The notes beneath the pieces were generated by a model, which saw nothing but the letters and a program-made list of their open reading frames with translations, was not told the origin of the DNA and did not search any database. This document shows positions 6,901 through 15,159 of a stretch of 24,000 nucleotides of DNA, piece by piece; position 1 is the stretch's first letter, and each line of letters begins with the position of its first letter. A program made the translations under genes and the position numbers. The stretch lies in NCBI GenBank assembly GCA_036262055.1, contig DATAJP010000002.1:306177-330176 (forward strand). The letters are read 5' to 3'. This stretch comes from Ignavibacteria bacterium (GTDB taxonomy: Bacteria; Bacteroidota; Ignavibacteria; Tepidaquicellales; Tepidaquicellaceae).

Positions 6901-8241
6901 TTATGCCTGCTGAAGCCGGTTTGCCTTATACCAATTTATGTTTCGCAGGAAATACATTATCACCGCAAGCACAACAAATATTCCGATGCTTCCGATTAAT
7001 AATGAGTAATCTTCGTTAAGCAATAGAATATATAAGAACCCATACAGTGCAGTCAGTGCTAAGCTGATGAAGAATGCAAACTTTTTGCTTTTGAGCACGC
7101 TTAGGGAATAAAGCCCTATAAGTAAGATTATGCTTGCGCTCGAAATGAGATACGCTAAGTTAAATTGCAGATGCTCTGATATTGATAGCAAAAGCAGATA
7201 AAAAACAACCAGAGAGAATCCGACGAGCGTATATTGAATCGGGTGAATTCTTTTCTTGCCGAGATATTCCACGAAAAAGAAAATAATGAAAGTCAGCCCG
7301 ATGAACATCAACACATATTTTACAGCGCGCATTACTTCAGTGTAACCATTCAGCGGAACAAAGAAATTAAGTCCGAATGCAGATGATGCAATTTCTACTT
7401 TATTGTTTTTTCTTATCCAGCTTTGCTGGTAGTTTCTATTCAGGTCAAGAACTTTCCAGCTTGCTTCAAAGCTGGTATCTGTAATTTTTCTTTCTTCGGG
7501 CAGGAAATTTCCTGTAAAGCTCGGGTCTCCCCAGTTTGATGTGATGTTCACGTTCGTTTCTTTCCCGAGCGGAAGAAACGTCAAGCTCTCACTGCCGTTT
7601 AGAGTAAGGTCAATTTCAAAATTATTTATTTCAAAAGGAATAACATTCACACTTGAGCTTACGCCTGCATCAAAAACATCTGCCGATATCAATCCTGCAG
7701 AAAACTGCGTCTGCATATCATTCCATTTCAAGCGAATATTATCTTTTATTCCTTTCATGTCGCTGATACCGAAAAGAACATATGCTTCATTCCATTTGAG
7801 ACGTGTGTTGTTTGTATCAATGTCGGGAATATGGCTAAGGTCAAACTTGCCGGTAACTTTATTGTGAGTTGTGTATAAAGTAAATTTATATATACCTCTG
7901 TTTCTGAGCTCCGAATCTACTTTACCGTCGATACTCAGGTTCAAAGGCAAAATTTTCACAATGTCTTCGTAAGTATTAATTTTCCCGTTTGTATCTTTGA
8001 TTGTTTTCACATAAGGAATGTAAAGAACGGGACCGCCGATATTTTGCTTGCCGCCCCAGTTTGATGAAACTTCCGTGAATGCCGCATCTTTGACTTCCTG
8101 TCTTTCTTCTATAAGCGAGCCAATAAACGCCGATGGAATTAAAAGAAAAAATATTAATCCGACAATAACAATAATTTTAAATGCTAACGAATTTGCAAAT
8201 GTCCGGACAAAATGACTTCCGCCACTGTCTTGGTTTTCCAT
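6901..8241 (-). CDS. creD: Cell-envelope integrity inner-membrane protein CreD
   Basis: NVNITSNWGDPSFTGNFLPEERKITDTSFEASWKV and RIHPIQYTLVGFSLVVFYLLLLSISEH align with E. coli CreD as I recall it (LTSNWPHPSFLGDFLP.., RLHPMQYLLVGLSLVMFYLLLLALSEH). One N-terminal and about 5 C-terminal TM helices. I prefer the ATG at 8241 (AAGGAG 6 nt upstream) over the track TTG at 8268. Confidence 0.9.
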   Translation of the reverse strand: MENQDSGGSHFVRTFANSLAFKIIVIVGLIFFLLIPSAFIGSLIEERQEVKDAAFTEVSSNWGGKQNIGGPVLYIPYVKTIKDTNGKINTYEDIVKILPLNLSIDGKVDSELRNRGIYKFTLYTTHNKVTGKFDLSHIPDIDTNNTRLKWNEAYVLFGISDMKGIKDNIRLKWNDMQTQFSAGLISADVFDAGVSSSVNVIPFEINNFEIDLTLNGSESLTFLPLGKETNVNITSNWGDPSFTGNFLPEERKITDTSFEASWKVLDLNRNYQQSWIRKNNKVEIASSAFGLNFFVPLNGYTEVMRAVKYVLMFIGLTFIIFFFVEYLGKKRIHPIQYTLVGFSLVVFYLLLLSISEHLQFNLAYLISSASIILLIGLYSLSVLKSKKFAFFISLALTALYGFLYILLLNEDYSLLIGSIGIFVVLAVIMYFLRNINWYKANRLQQA

Positions 8242-8242
8242 T

Positions 8243-8521
8243 TTATTCTCCTTCTGGAAAAATATCAATATCGTGAGATATTGATTTTAAGTTTGTTAAA
8301 AATAGTTTTGAGAAATTATTCTTGGATGAATTGATTTGGGAAAAGAATGGTGAAACAATCGGGAATATTATAAATATTATTGCAAAGACAATGAATTGAG
8401 CTCCGTTATGACTAACGGAATGAATGTTGAAAATTGAAATGAGGTTGCGGCAAATAATGAATGTTAGAGGATTACCTGCGCCGGGGAGTTCCAGGTCAGG
8501 ATAATCATTAACTGAGTTCAT
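8243..8521 (-). CDS. Hypothetical small membrane protein, possibly co-translated with creD
   Basis: 92-aa ORF with one hydrophobic segment (FIVFAIIFIIFPIVSPFF). Its TAA stop is 1 nt from the creD ATG and overlaps the creD RBS. No homology recognised. Confidence 0.4.
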   Translation of the reverse strand: MNSVNDYPDLELPGAGNPLTFIICRNLISIFNIHSVSHNGAQFIVFAIIFIIFPIVSPFFSQINSSKNNFSKLFLTNLKSISHDIDIFPEGE

Positions 8522-8523
8522 AT

Positions 8524-8557
8524 TTTATCTATTCTTCTATTTAAAAGAGTAGATAAA
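8524..8557. promoter_or_regulatory. 8-bp perfect inverted repeat TTTATCTA-N18-TAGATAAA just upstream of the small ORF/creD unit
   Basis: Read directly from the sequence. It could be an operator, or a chance match in AT-rich DNA. Confidence 0.2.
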
Positions 8558-8628
8558 TTGTCATAAAATGGTGTTTTGTGAGTTTAGTCGTATATACTGC
8601 TTGAGTAGGAGTTTTGTTTCAAAGAATT

Positions 8629-8967
8629 TTAGTTCAATCCGAATTTTTTCTTACCCTTATCTGTCCAGCCGGCTTCGGATTTCCATGATGTGAATTTTAT
8701 AATTATGTCAGCGTCACTTTTCCAGCTTGTAAAATAAATCTGCCAGTCGGCATCAGACTTCCACTCTGTAAAATACCACATGCCTGAGTTTGGTTTCGCA
8801 TCAACTTTCCAGTCGGTTACATATACAAGCATATCCGCATCGCTTTTCCATTCGGAAATATAGACCTGCTTGTCGGCATCCGACTTCCAACCCGTAACAA
8901 ACACAACCTGCGAGTTTGCCTCGCAGGCCGCAATAATCAAAAAAAGAAAAATAAATAATGATTTCAT
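8629..8967 (-). CDS. Small secreted tandem-repeat protein (six ~13-aa 'hydrophobic strand + WKSDAD' units)
   Basis: 112-aa ORF. A signal peptide is followed by VVFVTGWKSDADKQ / VYISEWKSDADML / VYVTDWKVDAKPNSGM / WYFTEWKSDADWQ / IYFTSWKSDADII / IKFTSWKSEAGW. It may correspond to a Bacteroidota DUF repeat family (DUF6150-like), which I cannot confirm. Confidence 0.7.
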   Translation of the reverse strand: MKSLFIFLFLIIAACEANSQVVFVTGWKSDADKQVYISEWKSDADMLVYVTDWKVDAKPNSGMWYFTEWKSDADWQIYFTSWKSDADIIIKFTSWKSEAGWTDKGKKKFGLN

Positions 8968-8979
8968 ATAGTTAAGAAT

Positions 8980-9005
8980 GGGATCCCCGCTTTCACGAGG
9001 ATGAC
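8980..9005 (-). repeat. REP-like element, variant of family A (GTCATCCTCGTGAAAGCGGGGATCCC on minus strand)
   Basis: Plus strand reads GGGATCCCCGCTTTCACGAGGATGAC. It has the same GTCAT head and GGGATCC tail architecture, and lies between the BNR gene stop and the repeat-protein start. Confidence 0.7.
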
Positions 9006-9015
9006 ATCCTTTTGT

Positions 9016-11142
9016 TTATTTTATTAACATCATTCTTTTACTTTCGGAAAAGTTATTTGTTTCCAATCTGTAGAAATATATTCCGCTTGAAAGTGAAGTC
9101 GCATCAAATTCAACATTATAACTTCCGGGTGATAAATTTTCATTTACTAATGTTCTAACCAATTTACCTGTTACATCATACACGGTTAGTTTTGCAAATC
9201 CGAAATTCACAATCCGAAATTCGATATTGGTGGTCGGATTAAATGGATTGGGATAATTCTGCATCAATTTATATTCAGCAGGAATTTCACTTGTAACAGG
9301 AGTAATTCCAACAAGAGGTGTGAGCGAACGAATCATTGTTCCTGAATTTCCCGTTGCCAAACCATAACCGTCACCTGAAATTGTAACAGTATTAAAAGTA
9401 TTAATCGTAATCCTTGTTTCCTGAGTCCAGTTTCTTCCGCCATCAACTGTTTTATAAACATAACCGCTTGCACCGCCTGCATAACCTGAAAGCGCGTTTC
9501 GCATTTTCACATCCCAAACAGTAGAAGCAGGCTGCGTGGTTGCCGGTGTCCATGTTGTACCACCGTTAGATGTCCATAGCACAAGTCCGCTTGAACCGCC
9601 TGCAACACCATTATTCTCATCAACCATAGATAATCCGTATAAACCGAGTGAAGACCCATCCCACTGCAAAGTCCAGCTTGTTCCGCCGTTTGTGGTTTTA
9701 TAAATAACTTCTCCGACACCGTCAACCCAGCCGGTGTTTGCATTCACAAAATCAACTCCGTATATTAAAACATTTCCGGGGATGTTTATGTTAGTCCAGT
9801 TCACTCCGCCGTTTGTTGTTTTCAATACCTGACTGCTCTGCCCTGCAACAAATCCCGTGTTAGCATCCAAAAAGTCTAAATCCAATAATTCATTTGTAGC
9901 TGTTCCTCCAAGATCAATCCAGTTTGTTCCGCCGTTTGTTGTCTTTAAAATTTTTCCCGAGTATCCGCAGATGTATGCATTGTTCGCGTCAATCATCTGT
10001 ACTTGTTCAAGCTGAGTAGTTACGGGTGAAGTTTGTGTTGTCCATGAAATTCCCGCGTTTGTTGTTTTGCTTATAAAACCATTTGCAGCAACTGCATAAC
10101 CTGTGTTTATATTCAAGAAACTCATTCCCTGAATTGATGCAGTTGAGAAGCTCTTGCTTACTTCAGTCCAGTTTGCGCCTGCGTTTGTCGTTCTAAAAAC
10201 TTTTCCGTCTGCGCCTGCAGCATAAGCAGTATTGTTACCATCAAACTTAACGTTATACAATGTTCCGGTGAATCCAGGGGCTGTTGTTTCGCTCCATGTT
10301 GCGCCGTCATTTGTCGAACGAATGATTGTTCCGCTTGCGCCAACTGCTATTACGTTACCAAGATAATCCCTGTCGATTGACCAAAGCAAAACAGAACCTC
10401 CCGGATTATATGATACAGTCCAGTTAACTCCGCTGTTTGTGGTTATGGCAATTCTTTTTCCTGAACCGCAAATCATACCGTTCGATGTTCCGATAAATCT
10501 AACTCCGCGATAATCTGTGCTTGTTGGGAAAATCTGCGGATGATTCACCCACGTGCTTCCGCCGTCAGTCGAACGCAAGACAGAGTTTGCATTTCCGACA
10601 ACGTGAACAAGAAGCGAACCCGGAGCGAAAACTCCATACAATGTTGAAGTTGTAATTCCCGGGTTTGTTTGCGAAACCCAGTTCACTCCGCCGTTAGTTG
10701 TTCTCATTATGAAACCATTAAACCCTACGCACCATCCTGTGAGATGGTTTGCAAAATGAACTCCGTATTTTGTTGTATCGGGCGAGCCGGCAAGATGAAA
10801 CCAGTTAAATCCGCCGTTAGTCGTCTTGAAAAGCATTTCCGTAAATGCTCCGGCTGCATATCCCGTGTTTGCATCAACAAAATTTATTGCGCGGATTATA
10901 CCGTCACCAACTGGAACGGTCGTCCAATTAGCACCTGCATTCGTGCTGATAACTGCATCACCGATAAAATTTGTTATGCCGACAATTTTATTCGGAGCAG
11001 GAGTGGCAATGCTGAAAATATCTTCCGTCGTCGGATACGGGTTTATGAAAGTCCACTGAGCATTAGAATTTGCAATTAACAATGTGCAATTAGCAATAAG
11101 AAGAAACAAAAATAGTTTTAGTTTTGTAAGAATAGGATTCAT
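9016..11142 (-). CDS. Secreted multi-blade BNR/Asp-box (Ycf48-like) beta-propeller protein with T9SS C-terminal sorting domain
   Basis: 708-aa ORF with a signal peptide. There are 13 copies of (S/T)T(N/D)xGxxW (e.g. TTNGGFNW, STDGGSTW, TTNAGANW) spaced about 40-45 aa apart. The C-terminus QNYPNPFNPTTNIEFRI...GIYFYRLETNNFSESKRMMLIK is a typical T9SS type-A CTD. Confidence 0.85.
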   Translation of the reverse strand: MNPILTKLKLFLFLLIANCTLLIANSNAQWTFINPYPTTEDIFSIATPAPNKIVGITNFIGDAVISTNAGANWTTVPVGDGIIRAINFVDANTGYAAGAFTEMLFKTTNGGFNWFHLAGSPDTTKYGVHFANHLTGWCVGFNGFIMRTTNGGVNWVSQTNPGITTSTLYGVFAPGSLLVHVVGNANSVLRSTDGGSTWVNHPQIFPTSTDYRGVRFIGTSNGMICGSGKRIAITTNSGVNWTVSYNPGGSVLLWSIDRDYLGNVIAVGASGTIIRSTNDGATWSETTAPGFTGTLYNVKFDGNNTAYAAGADGKVFRTTNAGANWTEVSKSFSTASIQGMSFLNINTGYAVAANGFISKTTNAGISWTTQTSPVTTQLEQVQMIDANNAYICGYSGKILKTTNGGTNWIDLGGTATNELLDLDFLDANTGFVAGQSSQVLKTTNGGVNWTNINIPGNVLIYGVDFVNANTGWVDGVGEVIYKTTNGGTSWTLQWDGSSLGLYGLSMVDENNGVAGGSSGLVLWTSNGGTTWTPATTQPASTVWDVKMRNALSGYAGGASGYVYKTVDGGRNWTQETRITINTFNTVTISGDGYGLATGNSGTMIRSLTPLVGITPVTSEIPAEYKLMQNYPNPFNPTTNIEFRIVNFGFAKLTVYDVTGKLVRTLVNENLSPGSYNVEFDATSLSSGIYFYRLETNNFSESKRMMLIK

Positions 11143-11261
11143 ATGTGTTAGATTATCGGGGATTTTATTGAAAAATATGATTAATTCCAGTATTTAATAT
11201 TAATTTAATTTAAGAAATATTGTTTAAAATAAAAACGTTATCTGAAAATACCGAAATTTGA

Positions 11262-11828
11262 ATGGATTCAATTAAAGACAATTTTTTAGAGGCAAAGAAA
11301 GTTTTAGATGATTTTATTTTTGACCCTGAGAATTTTGAACGGGTGAAAAAAGCCGGTGATTTAATGGTTACAGCCGTGAAATCGGGAAACAAAATTATAT
11401 CCTGCGGAAACGGCGGTTCGATGTGCGATGCAATGCACTTCGCAGAAGAAATGACAGGAAGATTCAGAGACGAAAGAAAAGCACTTCCTGCAATCGCAAT
11501 ATCTGATGTCTCGCATATTACCTGCACAGGAAATGATTACGGTTTTGATTTTATTTTTTCAAGATATGTTGAGGCGCTGGGAAACAAGGGTGACGTTCTT
11601 CTAGCACTCAGCACAAGCGGAAACTCAAAAAATATATTGAATGCAATTGATTCGGCAAAGACGAAAGGAATGAAAGTTGTCGGACTTACAGGTAAAGACG
11701 GAGGTAAGATGGCTGAGTTTTGCGATATTGAAATTCGCGCGCCGAAATCGAATTACTCAGACCGAGTGCAGGAGATACATATAAAGGTAATTCATTCGCT
11801 AATCGATTATATAGAGAAGAATTTATAA
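11262..11828 (+). CDS. gmhA: D-sedoheptulose-7-phosphate isomerase (SIS domain)
   Basis: 188 aa. [34 protein letters not shown] closely matches the GmhA core (GNGGSxCDAxHFAEELTGRYR..PAIAISD). Confidence 0.9.
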   Translation: MDSIKDNFLEAKKVLDDFIFDPENFERVKKAGDLMVTAVKSGNKIISCGNGGSMCDAMHFAEEMTGRFRDERKALPAIAISDVSHITCTGNDYGFDFIFSRYVEALGNKGDVLLALSTSGNSKNILNAIDSAKTKGMKVVGLTGKDGGKMAEFCDIEIRAPKSNYSDRVQEIHIKVIHSLIDYIEKNL

Positions 11829-11831
11829 TGG

Positions 11832-11855
11832 GTTGTTGGTGAAAACACCAACAAC
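11832..11855 (+). terminator. Strong hairpin 4 nt after the gmhA stop (probable terminator)
   Basis: Perfect 10-bp stem GTTGTTGGTG-AAAA-CACCAACAAC. The U-tract is weak and displaced (ATTTTA about 12 nt downstream). Confidence 0.45.
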
Positions 11856-11878
11856 GGCAAAATAAAATTTTACGGTTT

Positions 11879-12014
11879 GTCATTCCCGCGAAGGCGGGAA
11901 TCTAATCAAAAATGGTTTTTCGTTCTAAGAGTATATACTCAAAGATATTTTAGAACGTAAAATTTTTTGAATAATGAATCTTAATAGTTTGGATTCGCGC
12001 CTTCGCGGAATGAC
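11879..12014. repeat. MITE-like unit: two inverted family A elements flanking 88 bp
   Basis: GTCATTCCCGCGAAGGCGGGAATC (11879..11902) is paired with GGATTCGCGCCTTCGCGGAATGAC (11991..12014). The interior contains its own inverted repeat CGTTCTAA..TTAGAACG. No coding capacity. Confidence 0.7.
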
Positions 12015-12053
12015 ACTGTTTTGTTGTTTATAAAAATAAACTTTTATTATATC

Positions 12054-12815
12054 ATGCTTAAATATTTAATAATTCTTTCCCTATTTATTTCATCAAACGT
12101 GTTTGCGCAGAATGATACTGTCACAACTGCGTCGGGGTTAAAATACATTATTATTTCCAAATCCGGCGGCGCGCCTGCGGTAAACGGAAAAGCAGTTGAG
12201 GTTCATTATACGGGACGGTTAACCGACGGAAAGGTTTTTGATTCATCAATCGAAAGAAAAGAGCCGATTGAATTCGTTCTCGGAAAAGGGCAGGTCATAA
12301 AAGGATGGGATGAAGGTATTGCATTGATGAATATCGGTGATAAATATCAGCTTATCATTCCTTCCAATCTTGCTTATGGCGAGAGAGGCGCAGGAGATGT
12401 AATTCCTCCCGGAGCAACTTTGATTTTCGATGTTGAGCTTATGAGCGTGAGCGAGCCTAAAATTGCGCTTGAAGATGTTTTACTTCCTGTTTTCATTGAA
12501 AGCGGCGTTGATGCAATGATTGCTAAGTATAGAGAGATAAAAGCAAATGAACCTGACATATATAATTTCAAGGAAGGTCAGTTGAATTCCCTTGGTTATA
12601 CATTTTTACAAGGCGGTAATTTCGATGCAGCAATTGCCGTATTAAAACTTAATGTTGAAGAATATCCTAACTCATTTAACGTTTATGACAGCCTGGGAGA
12701 AGCTTACATGCTAAAAGGCGACAAGGTGAATGCAATATTGAATTATGAAAAATCTCTTGAGCTTAATCCTGATAACGAGAATGCAAGAAACATGATTTCA
12801 AAGATGAATCAGTAA
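12054..12815 (+). CDS. FKBP-type peptidyl-prolyl cis-trans isomerase with C-terminal TPR-like domain, secreted
   Basis: Signal peptide [23 protein letters not shown] core: [65 protein letters not shown]-like tail: [28 protein letters not shown] chose the ATG at 12054 rather than the track TTG at 12021. Confidence 0.88.
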   Translation: MLKYLIILSLFISSNVFAQNDTVTTASGLKYIIISKSGGAPAVNGKAVEVHYTGRLTDGKVFDSSIERKEPIEFVLGKGQVIKGWDEGIALMNIGDKYQLIIPSNLAYGERGAGDVIPPGATLIFDVELMSVSEPKIALEDVLLPVFIESGVDAMIAKYREIKANEPDIYNFKEGQLNSLGYTFLQGGNFDAAIAVLKLNVEEYPNSFNVYDSLGEAYMLKGDKVNAILNYEKSLELNPDNENARNMISKMNQ

Positions 12816-12841
12816 TAGATTTTTTAAATTTTAGACAAAAT

Positions 12842-12866
12842 AAAAAAGGGGCTTTCGCCCCTTTTT
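12842..12866. terminator. Bidirectional rho-independent terminator between convergent genes
   Basis: AAAAAA-GGGGC-TTTC-GCCCC-TTTTT, with the stem at 12848..12861. Confidence 0.8.
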
Positions 12867-12890
12867 GTTGTAAAAACTAATACCTTAGAT

Positions 12891-13283
12891 TTAATTATAA
12901 TTAATCCTGACTGAAGCTGAACCTAAGCTGTTTCCAAAACAATCATAAAGATAGAAAGTATAATTGCCGTTTTTATAAAATGTTATCTTTTTCCAGAACC
13001 AAACCCAGTCATATTCTGTATCAACATAAACGGTATTATCATAATCACCGTTTCTGTAAATTTCATATCGGACTGATTTACATTCAATTGTATAAGGCAG
13101 ACGGCAAAGAACATAAAGGAAGCCGCCGCTTCTGTTAATGTTGAATGTTGATGCTGATTCAATCGGATAACCGTCAGAGTCAACACCTTCACAGAAGTAA
13201 ATTGACTGAGCAGATGCTTCCGTGTTAAAAAATGCAAGTAATGCAAATAAAAAAATTGCCGGTAAAAATATTTTTTTTGTCAT
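12891..13283 (-). CDS. Secreted hypothetical protein (Y/W/N-rich, 4 Cys)
   Basis: 130-aa ORF with signal peptide ..FFNTEASAQ. No motif recognised. Its start overlaps the stop of the upstream DUF559-like gene by 4 nt (ATGA). Confidence 0.55.
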   Translation of the reverse strand: MTKKIFLPAIFLFALLAFFNTEASAQSIYFCEGVDSDGYPIESASTFNINRSGGFLYVLCRLPYTIECKSVRYEIYRNGDYDNTVYVDTEYDWVWFWKKITFYKNGNYTFYLYDCFGNSLGSASVRINYN

Positions 13284-13582
13284 TTTGTTTTCCTTTTTTT
13301 ATAGAGTATTTTATTTAACAGATGTTTAATTTCACTTTGTAATGAAGATTCGGGAAGTTTGATTACTTTAATACCGTTTGAACGAAAAAAATCTTTTCTT
13401 AAAGAATGGTATAAGCTTTTTTTGTCATCCTTAAATCCATCTTCAAGCTCTAAAGCAATTTTTTGTTCTTCGCAGTAAAAGTCGAGAACATATTTTCCGA
13501 TTTGGTGCTGTCTTTTGAATCTGAGACCGCTGTAAGTTTTATCTTTCAGAAGAAGCCATAAAATTTTTTCCTTTTCATTCAT
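13280..13582 (-). CDS. DUF559 / Vsr-like (PD-(D/E)xK) endonuclease-domain protein, short and slightly degenerate
   Basis: 100 aa. ILWLLLKDK..GLRFKRQHQIGKYVLDFYCEEQKIALELEDG...LRKDFFRSNGIKVIKL matches the DUF559 pattern (LW..LR..G.KFRRQ.PIG.YI.DF.C...LIIELDG...D..RD..L...G..VLRF). Confidence 0.65.
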   Translation of the reverse strand: MNEKEKILWLLLKDKTYSGLRFKRQHQIGKYVLDFYCEEQKIALELEDGFKDDKKSLYHSLRKDFFRSNGIKVIKLPESSLQSEIKHLLNKILYKKRKTK

Positions 13583-13660
13583 AGTTCAAAATTGCACAAT
13601 GTAAAGTTATTATGCAAACAGATTTTTTTAAAAATGTGAATAAATTTTCATAATGTCCAA

Positions 13661-15118
13661 ATGAAGAATTTTTCAATCATAAAGGTTTTAAAAACGCTAA
13701 ATCCGTCTGAAATTAAAGATTTTGACAGGTTCGTGCGTTCACCATATTTTGGCAGCAGCGCCTATTTGTTGAAATTCTGGCAGGAATTAAAGAAATATTA
13801 TCCGGACTTCGATGAAAGTAAAATAAGCCGTGAACGAATTTTTAAACGTCTTTATCCCGGTAAATCATATAATGACGCAACCATACGCAAATTATCATCC
13901 GGGCTTTTTAAAATGTGCGAAGAATATATTTCGATTTCGGAAATTAAAAAAACAAAACTTCCTGACAGGTACCTGCTTATGTTTTACCGTAGCAGGCATC
14001 TGCACAATTTGTATGACACAAAATGGAATGATGTTGAAACATATTATAAAAAACAGGATGAATTTGATTTTCTTGTCCTGACTGAAAAACACTTTTTACA
14101 GGTTCCCCAAATACAGATAGCTTCCGATAAAAAAAAGAATAAAGAAGTTTTTGCCGAACGTATGAAATATTATGAATATATAATCATTTACATTCTTTCG
14201 ATTTTAATGCAGGAGCAGACAAGAAAGTATGTTAACATTGAAGTTTACAACTTTGAAAAAAACATAGCGGAAGAGTTTTTTAAGAATATTAACTTAGAAA
14301 ATTTCCTGGCTGAACTCGAAAAAGAATCTTCACCATTTAAAGATGTAATCCGCTTTAATTACAATATGATGAAAGCATTTCAGCAGCCCAAAAACCCGGA
14401 ATATTTTCTGAAGGCTAAAAAACTCATGATTAAAAAAGGAAAGAATGCTGCTCCGAAAGCATTTTATATGTATTCAACACTTATGATAAATTGGTGTCTC
14501 AGAGGCAGAAGCCTGAATTCCTCAGACACTCCGTTATATAACCGTCACATTGCCGACATAATTGAATTTTTAATTAAAATTAATGTTATAGTTGAGCCTT
14601 CTACAAATGCAATAGACCCGACTTTGTTCAGCATCGCTTTTCAGACCTACAATTACCTGGGTGAGTTCAGAAAAGCTGAAAAATTTTTAAATACATTTTC
14701 GAAATATCTGAATGAAAGAATCAGAGAAAATACAATAAAAGCATGCGAATTTGATCTGGCATTTTCAAGAGAAGAATATCAAAAAGCGCTTGAGATTCTT
14801 TCACAAATAAAAGAAGTAGATTATTATGACCGTATAAATTACCGTCAGTATAAACTGATAATATTTTATGAACTTGATATGATTCAGGATACTCATTACC
14901 TGATTCATTCCGTGAGGCAGTTCCTGAAAGAAAATGATATTATTTCAAAAGAGCTACGAAATAAATTGAGAGTATTTGTGAATTATTATTCAAAACTTAT
15001 AGATGCGAAAGAAAAAAAAGATGAGAAAAAAAAAGATGAACTATTGTTTGAGTTAAAAAAAGAAAAAATGGAATTTCCGTTTAAACTATGGCTTGTGAGC
15101 AAAGCAGAAAAATTATAG
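13661..15118 (+). CDS. Large hypothetical protein, probably all-alpha/TPR-like, Lys/Glu-rich tail
   Basis: 485-aa ORF with no signal peptide or TM segment and no catalytic motif recognised. The reading frame is consistent, and the nested ORFs are shorter. Confidence 0.6.
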   Translation: MKNFSIIKVLKTLNPSEIKDFDRFVRSPYFGSSAYLLKFWQELKKYYPDFDESKISRERIFKRLYPGKSYNDATIRKLSSGLFKMCEEYISISEIKKTKLPDRYLLMFYRSRHLHNLYDTKWNDVETYYKKQDEFDFLVLTEKHFLQVPQIQIASDKKKNKEVFAERMKYYEYIIIYILSILMQEQTRKYVNIEVYNFEKNIAEEFFKNINLENFLAELEKESSPFKDVIRFNYNMMKAFQQPKNPEYFLKAKKLMIKKGKNAAPKAFYMYSTLMINWCLRGRSLNSSDTPLYNRHIADIIEFLIKINVIVEPSTNAIDPTLFSIAFQTYNYLGEFRKAEKFLNTFSKYLNERIRENTIKACEFDLAFSREEYQKALEILSQIKEVDYYDRINYRQYKLIIFYELDMIQDTHYLIHSVRQFLKENDIISKELRNKLRVFVNYYSKLIDAKEKKDEKKKDELLFELKKEKMEFPFKLWLVSKAEKL

Positions 15119-15159
15119 AATGATTCCGCTTATTTGCTGATACATTAAATAACCTTCAA

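Noticed and set aside
6280-6999. Track ORFs 6280..6672(+) and 6805..6999(+)
   Set aside because: The first is antisense to ferritin. The second spans the creD terminator hairpin and the antisense 3' end of creD. Neither has an RBS or any homology.
7541-7867. Track ORF 7541..7867(+)
   Set aside because: It is nested antisense within creD, which has full-length homology to the CreD family.
9507-11079. Four alternative-frame or antisense ORFs inside the BNR propeller gene (9507..9743, 10158..10343, 10669..11079, 10826..11059)
   Set aside because: They are by-products of the highly repetitive, relatively GC-richer propeller coding sequence. Only the 708-aa frame shows the periodic Asp-box motif, signal peptide and T9SS tail.
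11210-11883. ORFs 11210..11527(-) and 11686..11883(-), opposite gmhA
   Set aside because: They are antisense to a strongly supported gmhA. The second reads through the terminator hairpin and a repeat copy.
12374-14092. ORFs 12374..12571(-), 12983..13246(-), 13830..14081(+) and 13895..14092(-)
   Set aside because: All are nested in longer ORFs, either in another frame or on the other strand, and have no independent support.
12891-15118. A phage-defence, toxin-antitoxin or mobile island around the DUF559 gene and the orphan ORFs
   Set aside because: No integrase, transposase, ATPase, methyltransferase, tRNA target or flanking direct repeats are visible. DUF559 genes are common solitary chromosomal genes. 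I kept it only as a low-interest finding.
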